Shown here: positions 13,015-24,720 of the stretch, one piece after another
Numbering within the stretch: the first letter of the stretch is position 1
How the letters are laid out: each line of letters begins with the position of its first letter
DNA from: Octopus bimaculoides
Lineage: Eukaryota
Direction of reading: 5' to 3'
DNA: 44,285 nucleotides
NCBI RefSeq assembly: GCF_001194135.2
Contig: NC_068988.1
Span: 79,173,677-79,217,961 of the forward strand
Notes under the pieces: generated by a model
Seen by the model: the letters and a program-made list of their open reading frames with translations, nothing else
Databases searched by the model: none
Told to the model about the DNA's origin: nothing
Program-made: the position numbers and the translations under genes

Positions 13015-13195
13015 GCATGAGCTCTGAATTTGGGGCACAAGTAGAATTTGCCGATTACATGGAACCCGGTATTTGAATGGTACTTATTTTACCGACACCA
13101 GGACGATGAAAGACTAAGCTAGTGAGATATAAAATCAGAAAATACAGTGCTGAATAAATACTGCAAAACATTTTGTCCGATGTTCTAACATTCTG
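13015..13195 (-). mobile_element. SINE family 1, decayed
   Basis: ggtacttattttaccgac..gatgaaag is the reverse complement of the body. Confidence 0.6.
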
Positions 13196-13418
13196 TACAT
13201 CTTTTACATCTGCATAAGCAAAATAAGATAAAGGAGTATACCTGTTTACCTGAACAGTATAACTCTACTGCTATATAACATTCTTGAACCTACTTATAAT
13301 TTCAGATTAAATCTCTTGCTAAGTATCTACAACAAAGGAGTTGCTATCACAATATTCCATAAATTAATTATACACACACTTTAATATAAAATCGCTTTCT
13401 GTACTTTTTTCGTTGCAG

Positions 13419-13484
13419 CTGAAATTAAATCTACTGCGTGTTGCTGGTAAATACCGAGTGAAAAAGAAGAAAATATCTTCTCTT
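13419..13484 (+). CDS. Candidate alternative (cassette) exon of the PCGF gene
   Basis: Strong acceptor ctttctgtacttttttcgttgcag| and donor |gtaagt; 66 nt, stop-free in phase 0 (LKLNLLRVAGKYRVKKKKISSL), lying in a phase-0 intron. No transcript evidence available. Confidence 0.4.
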
Positions 13485-14150
13485 GTAAGTACTGAACTTT
13501 CAGTGACTTTTCAGTTCATACTTAACTTTTCAATGGTTCGTTCTTTTATTACAAGAGTAAAGCTAACATCGTTGTGTATTTAGATGCATATCTAATTCTC
13601 TTCTGCTCCGTTATAGTGCAATCGTAGGAGAAAGGAAGAGAGATGACAGATAAGTAACTTCAGAAAAGATGAATGTATAAAAGGCGTAGTTACAAAGATG
13701 AGATGGAATAAAGATAGACAGGAAAAGAAGAGAGGAAACAATGGCGGGAAGATAGGGAGAGAAAATGAGACAAATGATAGCAGAGAGGAAAGAAAATGGA
13801 CGAGACAAAATTTCAAATCCCCCCAAAAATTATTCAAATACACAAGTATATTAGCACGTGCACATACACACACACACTCTCACACACACAAACACACACA
13901 TAATAATCTTTATTTTATGAGAGTTTATATAAATATATTTGGTACGTTGCTTGAACCATGTTTTCGCTCTTTCTTCCTCTCTTCCCCTCTCATTTTCTTC
14001 CCCTCTTTCTTTCTCTTTCTCATTTTGTCTTTCTTTTTCTATTTCCTTCTTACTAACAAGGATACATTATTTTTGAACATGTAAAATACAGAAATGACCG
14101 TAATTTACAGAAACCAAATTTTCGCTTATTTTTTTTGCTCACTTTTCTCG

Positions 14151-14224
<74 letters not shown>

Positions 14225-14959
14225 ATCTATTTATCTGGCTATCAATCTAACTATTTATCGTTGTTTGTTATAGTTATTACGAACTGAACGATTTAATTTG
14301 ATGCTATTTAAAATATAGTTTATGTAGAGTTAAAATATGGGGGAAAATGTTTTTTTTCATACTAAAGGTATTTTATTATCATTTTCAATTATTGAACGAC
14401 ATCTATCGTAGCATCGAGTTGATCTGAGACTATTGAGTGAAATTGAGCTGATGGAAACTGTAGGGAAGCTAATTAGATGAACTCCACATGTGGCTGAATG
14501 TTAGATTTAATCCATCGCTCAGTTTGACACTACAAGCAACCTCTTGAATCTACTTATCAAAGTCCACTCTATTGTTTGCAATGCGAGATCAACACATGAA
14601 ACCTGGTTTCTTCTTCTCCTTTGCTACATGACTCTGAGCACATCATCTTTAGAATAAACTATAAAAATCCATAAGTAAATCTATAACGGCTATAAATTGA
14701 AATGAACCTGATCCTTGTATACTAACTGGCATATTTTTTAACGTATCCCAATACTATAGATTCTGAAAATGTTTCAACAGACTGACGTCGCCCACCAATT
14801 TTCTTTCTACTTACATTTATTCACTTTTTTTAATTTTCTTTTGCTTTCAAAAAGATAAAATAATTTTTAAAATTTAATTTCTAACTATTTACTTATACTT
14901 GAACATTAATAATTCTACTAATAAAAATAAATTTGATAATACTTCTTTCTGTAGGCTTA

Positions 14960-15078
14960 TGACCTGAAATTTTGAGAAGAGAGGTCTTGTCCATTACATC
15001 GACCCCAGTGCTCAACTGGTACTTATTTCATCGACCCCGAAAAGATGAAAGGCAAAATCGACCTCAGTAATTTAAACC
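14960..15078 (-). mobile_element. SINE family 1, 3' half
   Basis: catcgaccccagtgctcaactggtacttatttcatcgaccccgaaaagatgaaaggcaaaatcgacctc. Confidence 0.85.
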
Positions 15079-15089
15079 TGATACGTATT

Positions 15090-15219
15090 CTATCGGTACT
15101 CTTGCTGAACCTATAAGTTAAGGGGATGTAAACAAACCAACAGTGTTTTGTAAGTGATAGTAGTGATGAGAGGCAAATACGAGTACAAACACACAAACAC
15201 ACAAACACGCACAAACACA

Positions 15220-15252
<33 letters not shown>
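15090..15252 (-). mobile_element. SINE family 2, 3' half
   Basis: Reverse complement matches 15820-15910. Confidence 0.6.
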
Positions 15253-15256
<4 letters not shown>

Positions 15257-15634
15257 CGGATTCGGCAAATACATTTACCCACTATTTAAACATAATAATT
15301 TTCACATTTTTTAAGCATAAATTGAAACATTCTCATTCGCAAAATATTTGCAAACGTTGTATAACAGTTCCTAACGTTATTTTATTGTTTACTCTTAATT
15401 AAATATGATGGCACAAACAAAACTGGAACAAATTGTATATTGAAAATGACTGGTATAAAGAAGTATGATAATAAAATAATTAAGAATAGATTGAGGTGGT
15501 AGCAAAGGGCGGCCATCTTCAAATATAAATATACATTAAAATTGTCAATAAATATAACAATCTACCAGTAAATTTTCATTTACTAAAACCTAAAACTTTT
15601 TATTCTGTCATAAAATAAATAATGAGTAAATATA

Positions 15635-15930
15635 GGAGCAGGAGTGGCTGTGTGGCAAGAAGCTTGCTTCCCAACCGCATGGTTCCGGGTTCAGTTCCAC
15701 TGCATGGCACCTTGGGAAAGTATCTTCTACTATAGCTCCGGGCCGACCAAAGCCTTGTGAGTGTATTTGGTAGACAGAAACTGAAAGAAGTTATATATAC
15801 ATATATATATATATTTGTGTGTCAGTGCTTCCCCCCCCCCACCTCGCTTGTTGGTATATTTACGTCTCCATAACTTAGCGGTTCGGCAAAGATGTCCAAT
15901 ATAGAATAAGTTCTCGGGTTAAAATAATCA
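15635..15930 (+). mobile_element. tRNA-derived SINE, family 2 (CORE-like 'ccttgggaaagt' body), near full length
   Basis: A box (tggctgtgtgg), B box (ggttcagttcc) and internal (TA)/(TG) tract. Confidence 0.85.
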
Positions 15931-16747
15931 CCTGATATTTGTTGAGGGCTCGTTTGAACTACAATTTTAAAGGCTATGAGCTAGAACGAAAATTATTTGT
16001 TTTTTCTTTGTTTATGGGGGTCTGGGGTTCAAAAAATCGAATCAGGGCATATCGACCAAAATTGCCTTTTTGGTGTATTGCGGTTAAAAATGAGTATCTG
16101 CAAGATCTCGCCAGCTTTCAATCGAGGATAACATCCATGACATCTTCAGAAGAATGTCCAGCACGTTGCATCCAACAATTGCTTCGAAACGTGCCGTCCA
16201 AAGTTATTCTGTTTGTAGTGATGTTGGTCACACAGCTCGTTCTTCAAAACATAAGAAAGTGTCTGCTTTGACAGAAAAACCATCAAGAATCGAATCACTA
16301 TATTAGTGACTGGTCCATGTTACGCATATTTATTGTGTTGTATTGTTGTTTCAATATTTGCTATGAATAAGTCACCAGTTTTCACTATTTAGTTTCAAAT
16401 GATTCTGATTTTTGTTGTGAATCAAAGCGGGTGGGGGTAGTTTTCATTATATTTTTTTCCTTATTTTTCGGAGGTAGACTATAGTAAAGTTTCAATCCAA
16501 GGATTTGTTGGGGATATTTTCCTTTTGTTATCTCATGTTTAGGCCCTTCTTCAGTTTCGGCGTAAGCTAGGCAAAATCCTCCAAACCGGAATTTGACCTT
16601 CCTAATCAGATTTTGACTCCATAAAATAGGCTAAATACAAAAAAGTGCATTTAAGATCAATTATTTCAAGAAATTTATTAGGTTTTGAGTCCATTATATG
16701 TTTCCTGCTTTTATACTTGTTTAATCACGTTGCTGATCAATAACTAC

Positions 16748-16819
16748 CGTTTCTCCCTCACCTCCCGCACTCATACACTTGCAAGCTCTACACCTCAAAC
16801 CAAATCTGCATAAACACCA
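16748..16819 (+). repeat. 72-bp exact direct repeat, copy 2
   Basis: Identical to 8528-8599; flanks are unrelated. Confidence 0.95.
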
Positions 16820-17396
16820 AATTGGAATTAAACTTTTTGTGTGGCCTTTTTACCCCCTTTGAACTGAGTTTTTCCACAGGTTACATAAAATGTTGAGGAT
16901 GTCAAATATGTTAGCCCTTGATATGTCCTCCCTTTCTCTCTTCGGTCGTCTCTTTCGTGGGGTATGTTTCATCTAACATGTTGATAATATTATATCTCAT
17001 CTCCTATTCATATACTTACTGATTCTCTTATGACTACTACTGCAGGTACGGTGACGTCAGTATTTCGATAAAATCTAATATGACTGAAAGACAGATGTCC
17101 GGGTTTGACTGCCGTACTTATCGAAATTCTGAAAATAAAGTTGCACCCTGAACTAATATGGTTTTCTTTCTCAATACAAGAATATTTATAATTAGAGTTC
17201 ATTAGATTTCATTATATTCACTATATTAAAAATGTTAGTCATTACAGTAAATGTGCATAGTCGCACAAACTTGCCACCCGCTTTACTTCTCCCTGCCAGA
17301 TTTAGTAATTAAGCAGGAAGTAGGTAAGATTCATATTTAACATGCTTCATTGTATTTTGTTCTGGTATGTTATTTTTTATTCAAATTTTATTGTAG

Positions 17397-17495
17397 GTGT
17401 CTGACTGCCGCTACCTCTTATGTCCAGCTTCGGTAACAGTTTCACATCTAAAAAAGTTTATTCGAATGAAGTTTTCTCTTTCCCCTCGATACAAG
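17397..17495 (+). CDS. BMI1: PCGF 99-nt coding exon (RAWUL)
   Basis: ttgtag| ... |gtaagt. VSDCRYLLCPASVTVSHLKKFIRMKFSLSPRYK aligns with BMI1 '[33 protein letters not shown]'. Confidence 0.95.
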
Positions 17496-17606
17496 GTAAG
17501 TATTTAAAAAAATTATATATGAGAGAAAGAGCTGAGTTCACTGAACTAAAACAACTTTTAAGCATTTAGATTATTATATTGTTTATAGTTACATACATAC
17601 ATAAAT

Positions 17607-17668
<62 letters not shown>
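17607..17668. repeat. (CAGA)n microsatellite
   Basis: Direct reading. Confidence 0.97.
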
Positions 17669-17669
<1 letters not shown>

Positions 17670-18157
17670 TCCAAACATACAGTTTGCTAATCCAGTACCC
17701 AGGATACACTTTCAGCTTCATACCTATTATTATTGGAGCAACAGTATACATACCAACTCCTCTGGAACTAAGCTAAACTTGGGATCTTGGGAAGAGTACG
17801 CAACTCCTTCATTCATAAGCTATAAATGATCACGGTATCTGAAACTATAAAAATCTGCAAGAACTTCTTATGATGTTTAAAACATGATGCTTTCCTTCAC
17901 AACATTGCTACCAAATGGGTAAGCCGGTTAAAATTTCTTCTAAATTAAAAAGAGAAACGGGACATACATACTTGCAGCCATACATACATACAGACAGACA
18001 AACAAACAAACAAACTTGCGGCACTAATAATACACACATACGCTCTAATGAAATACAAAACAAAAACAAAATACTTTCCATACCATCGCATGCAGAGGTT
18101 GGTTATAATATAATGTTAGTTTGGATATATGATTGACTTTAATATTATAACAAAAGG

Positions 18158-18601
18158 AAAGGTGACCGTGCTAGGAGGATCCTTAGCACGCCGAGCAAAA
18201 TGCTCAGCGACATTTCGTCCGTGTTTATGTCCTAATTTCAAATTCTGCCGAGGCCGACCTTGCCTTTCATCCTTTTGAAGTCGATAAAATAAGTACCGGT
18301 TAAACACTGAAGTCGGTGTAATCGGCTTAACTACACTCCCCGAAATTGCTGGCCTTGTGCCAAAATTTGAAATCAATATTAAAGGAAGGAAAAGGCGGTG
18401 AGCTAGCAGAATCATTACAACGTCGAACAAAATGCTTAGTGGGATTTCGTTCGTCATTACGTTCTAAGTTCAAAGACCGTCCGTGATGACTTTGCTTTCA
18501 TCTTCTTGAAGTAAGTACCAGTTGAGCACCGGGGTCGAAGTAATCGACTTGCCTCCTCCCAGAAATTGCTGGCATTGTGGCCAAAATTTAAAATGAATAT
18601 C
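18158..18601 (+). mobile_element. Two tandem SINE family 1 copies (18158-18380, 18392-18601)
   Basis: Each copy carries the head, 'ctttcatcc..aagtacc' body and 'aaattgctggc..caaaattt' end. Confidence 0.9.
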
Positions 18602-18763
18602 ATAACGAAGAAATATATTTCGCTATCAATATAACCGTTGGTTGTTGTTTGAAAAACCAAGATTACATAACTTTTGACTCGCAAAATAATAAATAAGTTT
18701 AGTTGTATATAATTTCAAATATAATTTATATAATTTCAAGTTAAACTAAGAATAGGAACGATA

Positions 18764-19191
18764 TGTAGAAGGCAATATGATATATATACTTGCATAACGT
18801 TACATGTGTGTATGTATGAGTGCGTTTGTAGAAAATACATGAAAAGGGAAGATGTACAGGTATATATGTGATTGTGTACATGTTGTAGTGAAAATGGTAC
18901 ACTCCTTCCCACGTGAAAAATTGGTATGAGGCAGGCAGCCACTATAAAGTCAGACAGTCAGTCGTTGTAGGAGGTCAATGCTAGTAAAGTCGTTGTACGA
19001 GTTCTTAGTTGGAGTCAGTATCAGTTACGTGTTATAGTCGAGTTCGAGTTACAGTCAAGGTAGACGTTACAAAGTCGTTGTCATGCGGAGCTGTCAGTGA
19101 TAGCACGATGGACGAGTCAAAGATAATAAAACGTGGAATACCGCCACAGCATAATGGCGGCGCCAACAATATTACAGTACCGACGACAACA
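18764..19191 (+). mobile_element. Candidate solo LTR
   Basis: TGTAG...CAACA termini, TATAAA near 18945, agtc-rich repeats, AATAAA near 19125 and a terminal ccgcca/tggcgg hairpin. No clean TSD found. Confidence 0.4.
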
Positions 19192-19646
19192 TACAAGTGG
19201 ACGAGGATGCACATTATAACAGTATATATATGTGTGTTACATGGATGTAGTTTTTCAAAACAATATGATGTTAATAAGTATGGCACGTTTACGTATACAT
19301 TAATTCGGGTTTAATTCCACAAGTGAACAAAGGCGTAAATGCTTCTTTCTACTATGGACTATCGCTCAACTTTGGCTGTAAGCAATAAATATTGAGTGAG
19401 AGATAAGTACAGGCAAAGACAAACAGATCTGTGCAATGAACTGATATTTATTACAGCTATATAAATTTAATTTTGTTGAAGGACGGAAATTTCTCCAAAA
19501 GGCAAGCAAACACCTTCAATAGGTTTTAACATACAACCTATGAACCATTTGTCCAAAACGATACCCATTCACCTATTTCACCTATTCCTATTTAAGTATT
19601 TTACAATACAAATTATCTTGTATTTAAATATGGCTTACTTTACTGA

Positions 19647-19852
19647 GACGGTGAGCAAGCAGAATTGTTAACATCCCGGACAAAATGCTTACCGACTTTC
19701 GTCCCTCTTCACGTTCTGAGTTCAAGTTCCTTTGAGGTGTTCTTGTCCTTTCGGGGCTGATGAAATAAGTACCAATTGAGCACTGAATCGGTGTAATTGT
19801 CTAGTCCCCTCCCATCAGAATTGCAGGCCTTGTGCCTATAGAAGAAAGGATT
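19647..19852 (+). mobile_element. SINE family 1 (gcctatag end variant)
   Basis: Head with gagttcaag B box, body and ggccttgtgcctatagaagaaagg end. Confidence 0.85.
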
Positions 19853-20416
19853 TTTTTAATTTTATTATAAAGATTAATAATGATTGTGCAGTGTTTCTTG
19901 ATGCAGACTATCTGTATAGTAATCTGCTTGTTTGTTCGCCCATTATACTTCAGTTAGCTAGAGAGATGGAGGTGGATTGAAAGTGAGAGGGGAAAAAAGG
20001 AGGAATATGAATGAGTAGAGAAGAAAGAAGAGAGGGATATAATAATACACTAAGGCCAAATGCATCACGGGGTTAGTTGAAGGGAGAGGCGAAGAGCGAG
20101 AGAAAAAGACAGTGAGAGAAAAGAGAGAGAATGAAGCGTTAACGAAGTGTTGTAGGGTGGTGAGGGAGAGGTAAAGAGAAAAAGATGTGTTTAGGATACA
20201 ATACTTGGCAAAGGGTGATGTTCTGGTGGTGAGGTTAAAGAAAGATAGATAGAGATAGACAGGAGAGGTAGTTGCATTAAGAGAGAGAGAGAGAGAGTGA
20301 GGCAAATAGCATTTATTTTCTCAGAGTAGGGACACAACAACAGCAAGAAAAAGTAGAAATAAACAACAGCTGAACTGAAATGAAATTAGCTTTGTTTCTG
20401 AAAACTATAGTGATGA

Positions 20417-20450
<34 letters not shown>

Positions 20451-21292
20451 TTTGGTGGTGGTGGTGGTTTTGGTGGTATATTTATAGTGAAAAGTAATTT
20501 TTTATCGAATTAAATCTATATTATCCTTCTACCTGTTTGTTCACACTTTAGTTTATTAGGGAAGAAGAAGAGATGGAGTGAGAGAGAGAGTGGAAGAGGG
20601 AATGTGAAAGAGCAGATAGCCAGCCGATGCATTATGGTTAGTGGAAATGAGAAGTGAAGAGAAAGAGAGAAATGTTAAAGACATGAAGAGGGGAATTACA
20701 TGGTTAAAAAGTTTGTTGGAGAGGTAGAGAGAAAGGGAGAAATATAAAGTACTTAACTGAAGGAAATTTTAAAACCAAATAATACATAATTGTGACTGCA
20801 AGTGAAATAACTTAACAAAATAAGAATTGAAATGCAAATCATCCATTCTTTCTTAAATAGCTTCTCTTAATCTTTTTCGTTCTGTGGAATTTCACGGGTC
20901 TCATTTATAGTGATATAATGTATTTACATTTCTGGATAGGATTTAGTGCAATTATGCGAAATTCTCTTATTTTTTATATGAGTTGCCATCACTCAGTAAA
21001 GAATATGTTAATGTTGAATTTACCGGCCAACTAAAATGATTATCTAAAGGACTATTGTAAACCCATTAATATCACCAAAATATATGTGGCCATAAGTTTT
21101 AAAACTGAAGTTTGCTGTGAAGTTTCGATTTCCTCGTACATTTCTCTCTAGATAAGCTGGTTCACCAGTGCATCATTCACTTGTCTCTTCACATTTCTTG
21201 GAATATGATACATGTAAACCTAAAAACTGTCTTTCATTTCGTAGCCAACAAATCTAACTGTTTATAAAACATAATTTGTTTGTACTTTTCAG

Positions 21293-21373
21293 ATTGACAT
21301 ATTCCATACGGACGAATCTCTGAGTGACAGTTACACGTTAATAGATATTGCATACATCTACACATGGCGGCGG
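21293..21373 (+). CDS. BMI1: PCGF 81-nt coding exon (RAWUL)
   Basis: ttttcag| ... |gtatgt. [27 protein letters not shown] aligns with BMI1 '[27 protein letters not shown]'. Confidence 0.97.
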
Positions 21374-21449
21374 GTATGTTTGCTATCAATTTATTCTCTA
21401 TAATCATCGTCACTATTATTCTTATTTTCCTTATTTTCTTTTTAACTCA

Positions 21450-21615
21450 GAGCATAAAAGGCGAAACAAATATCTTACATTATATGTTCGGGATCTTTAC
21501 GTTTTGAATTCAAATCCCATCGAATGGAACTTTGTTTTTCCATTCCTTCGTCGTCGACAGAATAAATACCAGTGAAGTACTACTGTCGATGTAATAGACT
21601 TCACGTTCCACTTAT
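21450..21615 (+). mobile_element. SINE family 1, decayed
   Basis: ttacgttttgaattcaaatccc ... ataaataccagtgaagtact ... gtcgatgtaatagact. Confidence 0.6.
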
Positions 21616-21620
21616 TACTG

Positions 21621-21628
21621 ATGTTGTT

Positions 21629-21691
<63 letters not shown>

Positions 21692-21821
21692 GCTGTTGGC
21701 GGCGGCGGCGGCAGCGGCGGTGGTGGTGGTGGTGGTGCTTATCGTCGTTGTCGTCGTAGTCAGCGTGATATTATTATTATTATTATTATTATTACTATTA
21801 TTATTATTATTATTATTATTA
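21621..21821. repeat. Mosaic trinucleotide tract (GTT, GGC, GGT, CGT, ATT)
   Basis: Direct reading. Confidence 0.97.
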
Positions 21822-22270
21822 ATGGATGGTTGGTTAGGAACACTCTGGCTTCTAATGCACAGACATGCGCTGAGGTCACGCCACCGGCAGAGATACCTGC
21901 AAAGTGAACAAGTTTGATCTCTATTGTAAGCCACACTTTTCTGCAAATCGTCTCTAACGGACATGCATTTCTGGGACGAAAGAGAACCAAGATTGTGCAC
22001 TTTGTATCTAGAATGTTAGGCACTTCATTTCCTCTACCAGTCACGTAATGTAGTTGGTGAAAGTTCCACGTCGAGAAAATACAAGGGATTATCAGTGGGT
22101 AAGATGTATGAAGTTGTCGGGGAAGCTGTTGCCGATAAGCTCGGTAATCTATTTCGGATGCATGTAAGGCCGGGTGTCACTCTGGATAACTGCCTTGCTA
22201 ATTTCCTTGCCCTGCTAATACTACCGAGGAACGGAACTAGTTTTAAAATAACTCTAAAGACAGGGAAGTG
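21822..22270 (-). mobile_element. Probable second RLE-LINE 3' end
   Basis: 'NLGSL..DDLQKSV' resembles the GALG..LQK terminus; followed on its sense strand by a (TAA)n tail at 21770-21821. Confidence 0.35.
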
Positions 22271-22469
22271 CTACCAGTAGGAAAAGTCCATAACACAAAC
22301 AGGAGAACGCAAGCTTATTGCACGTGTTCAAATAGTGCGCCAGTATTGCTGACTTATGGAGTTTTGTTGAGTAGCTGTTGTCACAATTGGACGGATCCAG
22401 ATATTGACTGAATCCATCATGAAGATAGCTCCACTACTCTTCTTTAATAAGATAAAGCAAGTAGTTTAT

Positions 22470-22552
<83 letters not shown>

Positions 22553-22555
<3 letters not shown>

Positions 22556-24720
22556 GCTACTTTGGTTATCAAGCTGAGGTTTGTTGACAAGTCCCCTGAA
22601 ATCTCATGTATGGCAATTTTCTGCAAGTCGACAATGTATGTTTCAGCTCTAATATCTTTCAATCTCTAAGATAACAATTTGGACGTTGTGCTTAGTGCAC
22701 CAGGAACTAATTGTGACCTTAGTGTTCTAAGATCTCTTCATCTCTCAGATATTTCTCAGTTTTCTCAATCTCTTTGGTAACCTCTCAATTATAATATGTT
22801 ATTACAGTCTTCCATCTGACAATTTTTTGTACTCTATAATCATATCTGGTCTTCTTGCTTCAATAAAATCCTGTAATTAGTTAACATCACAATTCTAGCT
22901 CATGTTCATAACACTTTGCTGCCAATTTGAATTTTCAGATGCGGCTAACGTCTCAATGCACTTTGACATAGTCATGCCCACTCTTATACTCTTTTTTGTA
23001 AAAGCGTAAGAGATAGTTAATACTTTCATCTCCTTTTTCACAGATTCTGCGTTTGCACTGTGACTGAGTTTTATCAATACTGGTTTCAAATTCGTTCAAA
23101 TGGCTTGTTCTTGAGTGGCTATAAGTAGCGAAGTTTTCGTTTTAGGTTGCCCTCTATAAACCCCAACCAGCGTCCTTGACTTCTTCTAGCATGCTCAGTT
23201 TGTTGCATGTATTGCCCATGTCATTCTTTCTCTTTCCATCTGTTTGTTCAGTTATTCTTCCTTCTGTTCTTGTATTAATCTACTGTTTCAATAATTTTCT
23301 GGATATTTGTAGCCGCAGATAGCATTCTTTTCTTCACTATACACAACAGTATGTCAAACGTAATAGTGCAGTATTGTCATTCCCTTCCCTGGTAAGTTCA
23401 AGGCGGATGGCTGGGTATCACCACCTCTTGGCAGATATTTATTGCAACTGAGAGCAGGACGAGAGAATCTCTAGTGCTGTGGGCCGAGGAACGTAAGTGC
23501 TGCTGAAAAAGTACCTGAATTAGGGGGACCACGTGAATAATTTTCGGCCCCTTCTGTACGAATTGTAGCTACATCTTTGTCCACTTTAAAAATGGAGCAA
23601 ATTATCTCAACACTAGTAATTTTGGTTTCTTCTAAGTACCTTCCTAACCTTTCTCTTTCATACTTTGGGAACGTTCTCTCTCACTTCCATTTCTATTACT
23701 TAAACATTCTGCAGCACGCACAAGTGACTGTATCACCATTGTCTTTCTAACAAGATAATTTTGTGTTATCTTTATTCTATTCACTTAAACTTTTGACCTC
23801 TACTTGAAATGAAAACTGCACACCTATTCAGCCCAAACTGCATACCAGTATCCTTCATAAATATCTCTTTTTGAAGAAGATAACCCAGGTCTTTTTCGTC
23901 TTTAGGCTAAACTTCGAGGTCATCCATATATAACAGATGATTTATATTCTCCCTGTTCAGAGCAAGCTCATGACAGCTCAGGATTTTCGCATTATACTTG
24001 TCAAAGGAAACAATGTAATCATGAAAATTAATGGAGAGAGCGAACGTCTTGAGACAATTTCCCTCGGATTTTCTCGCTTGCTGACGGTTCACTTGCATGT
24101 ATTAGTTCTTGCTTCATACGTTCTCTTCGATTTTTATAAAAATAAAGACTAAAACCTGTAGAAAAACCAATTGTGAGGGACATTAAAGTATGCTGTTTGG
24201 TAGTTTGTCCAAACAGTAGCTATTTTCTTTCTTATCTGCTCTTTAGTTGTTATTGTATCGATATAGAATAAAACAGAATTTCTTGATTTCTTTCTACATC
24301 CCTTTATTCTCCTGGTAACAATTTCTCCTCCTCCAGTTTACGATTAATCTCTCATGAAACCAGTTAGCAATTTCCAGAGTAATTGTAAGCATGTCAATAG
24401 CTACTGATTTCCTCACCCTTTTCTTTATCCTGTATTAAGACTGTGTCTCATATTGTCATGTTTTCTACTAGTCTGTAAGAAACAGCTGTACAAAAGTGAA
24501 AACTTTTGAGTTTTCGAAGCTAGAATCCCTGTACACTCGCGCGTCCAGGATCTTTCTTGCACGATGTCGCTTTAATCATCTTTTTCCACCTTCTGTACAG
24601 TAATATTTATATTTTCTTGCCATGACCTATTCCCTATTTCATTTATAAGCTCTCATATCCATTCTGTTTCACTGTCGTGCTGAACCTCGTACCTTCACAT
24701 ATCTCACACAACTTTATATC
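22553..24720 (-). mobile_element. R4/Dong-like non-LTR retrotransposon (RT + RLE endonuclease), 5'-truncated and decayed
   Basis: 'INHLLYMDDL' RT motif at ~23910-23940, 'EARRPD' RLE motif near 22850, 'LQKIA' terminus, and (TAA)n tail at 22475-22552. Confidence 0.8.

Noticed and set aside
22475-22620. R4/Dong-like LINE as the mobilising partner of SINE family 1
   Set aside because: Tails are on opposite strands (TAA versus ATT) and no shared 3' sequence is visible.
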